Shown here piece after piece: positions 63,364 through 64,000 of a DNA stretch of 64,000 nucleotides. A program made the position numbers and the translations under genes. Each line of letters opens with the position of its first letter. Positions within the stretch are counted from its first letter, which is position 1. Origin of the DNA: Pseudomonadota bacterium. Its GTDB lineage: Bacteria; Desulfobacterota; Desulfobulbia; Desulfobulbales; JAGXFP01. Location: the NCBI GenBank assembly GCA_018814305.1, contig JAHJAA010000079.1, forward strand, positions 10,130 to 74,129. Direction: 5' to 3'. The notes under the pieces were generated by a model, which was not told where the DNA came from, made no database searches, and was given only the letters and a program-made list of their open reading frames with translations.

Positions 63364-64000
63364 TTACTCCTTGAGCCGTTGGGTGAGACCCGAGGCCGGC
63401 ATGATCGGCACAACCGTCAGGTTGATATTCTTGCGATGTTCACCGGCGTTTACGGTCACGCTGTGGTTCTGGTTGCCTTCATAGAGCCCGTATAATTCGT
63501 CGCGGTCGGGAGCGGCGCCTACCTTGTCGCGGGCGACCAGATAGTAACGGCCCCCTTGGGCAAGGTCGATATTGAAGGCCCCTGCGCTATCGGTCCGTGA
63601 CATGGCTGGGGAAATCAACCTGAGGACGTGCATCTGGAAGAGATTCAGGCCCATGGAAGGGTAGGCTGTAACGAAAATGTTCGCCAGGCCCCGACCCTCA
63701 AGGTCGGTCACGGTGCCGCTGATGGTCGAGAGCGCTTGAGAGGTGGGTTGCTGCGATGTTTCCGGCTGCAGGTCCCAGAGCGAGGCCTGTCTTCTGGTCT
63801 CATGTTTTCGTCCCTGGGGATTGGCCTCATCGTCATCTAAGAAGGAGAGGAGATTGTCTCTGGGGTAGCACTCCATTTTGATTTCACAGAGTTGGTCCGA
63901 GACCACTTTGATGGGATTGGCTGAGGTATAACAAAAGAGATCTCCCTGCATGACCGGTCCGATCCCTCGCGCAGTTTTTTTTCGTCGGGCCACGACAACG
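63364..64000 (-). CDS. protein with C-terminal carboxypeptidase-regulatory-like (CarboxypepD_reg) domain; 5' end may lie outside the window
   Basis: ISGTVTDLEGRGLANIFVTAY...DSAGAFNIDLAQGGRYYLVA fits the domain. There is no in-frame stop between 63993 and the window edge. Confidence 0.5.
   Translation of the reverse strand, partial: VVVARRKKTARGIGPVMQGDLFCYTSANPIKVVSDQLCEIKMECYPRDNLLSFLDDDEANPQGRKHETRRQASLWDLQPETSQQPTSQALSTISGTVTDLEGRGLANIFVTAYPSMGLNLFQMHVLRLISPAMSRTDSAGAFNIDLAQGGRYYLVARDKVGAAPDRDELYGLYEGNQNHSVTVNAGEHRKNINLTVVPIMPASGLTQRLKE

Noticed and set aside
1-64000. CRISPR arrays, rRNA genes, intact transposases/IS elements, toxin-antitoxin pairs or recognisable phage-defence genes
   Set aside because: I scanned the ORF track and intergenic regions and saw no regularly spaced repeats, rRNA-like sequence, DDE/transposase motifs or defence-system signatures. 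The only mobile-element traces are the two integrase remnants.

Overview
This 64-kb window is mostly chromosomal housekeeping DNA from a Gram-negative bacterium. Gene content suggests a Desulfobacterota (deltaproteobacterium)-like host: sigma-54 enhancer-binding regulators, CimA-type citramalate synthase, an EF-G paralogue and multihaem cytochromes. That assignment is inference only. I support about 60 genes.

Housekeeping genes include purM, mogA, an EF-G paralogue, murJ, rsmE, waaA-lpxK, lpxC, proC, nadK, pilT, comEC, an rpoD-family sigma factor and malQ. Further along are ampG, trmL, an M23 peptidase, lysC, cimA and comEA.

There are two tRNA genes, tRNA-His(GTG) and tRNA-Glu(CTC). Each is flanked on its 3' side by a decayed tyrosine-integrase remnant and a perfect 12-bp tandem repeat, which suggests old integration hot spots.

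- **tRNA-His side:** an ArsR-controlled permease / TrmO-like / thiol-disulfide operon.
- **tRNA-Glu side (about 28.5-41.5 kb):** the most accessory-looking block.
  - A 13-haem lipoprotein cytochrome, a secreted coiled-coil repeat protein and a Sel1-repeat protein.
  - A translationally coupled MtrA/MtrB-like decahaem-cytochrome/porin pair, with an orphan PF04392 binding protein as third coupled gene.
  - A GNAT gene, and a Roadblock/LC7 plus REC-DUF4388 locus in which one in-frame TAA splits the DUF4388 domain.

Other unusual loci:
- A compact mraZ-ftsA-ftsZ unit behind a 730-bp AT-rich leader.
- A long, tightly packed minus-strand operon at 55.2-64 kb. It reads CarboxypepD_reg-like, NosD-like beta-helix, divergent Glu/Leu-type dehydrogenase, two fumarase/ASL-superfamily lyases, a His-rich NicO/RcnA-like Ni/Co permease, then two orphan binding-protein-fold genes and a TPR protein. 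I cannot assign this operon to a described pathway.

I saw no rRNA, CRISPR array or intact IS/transposase. All functional calls rest on motif recognition by eye, not database searches.
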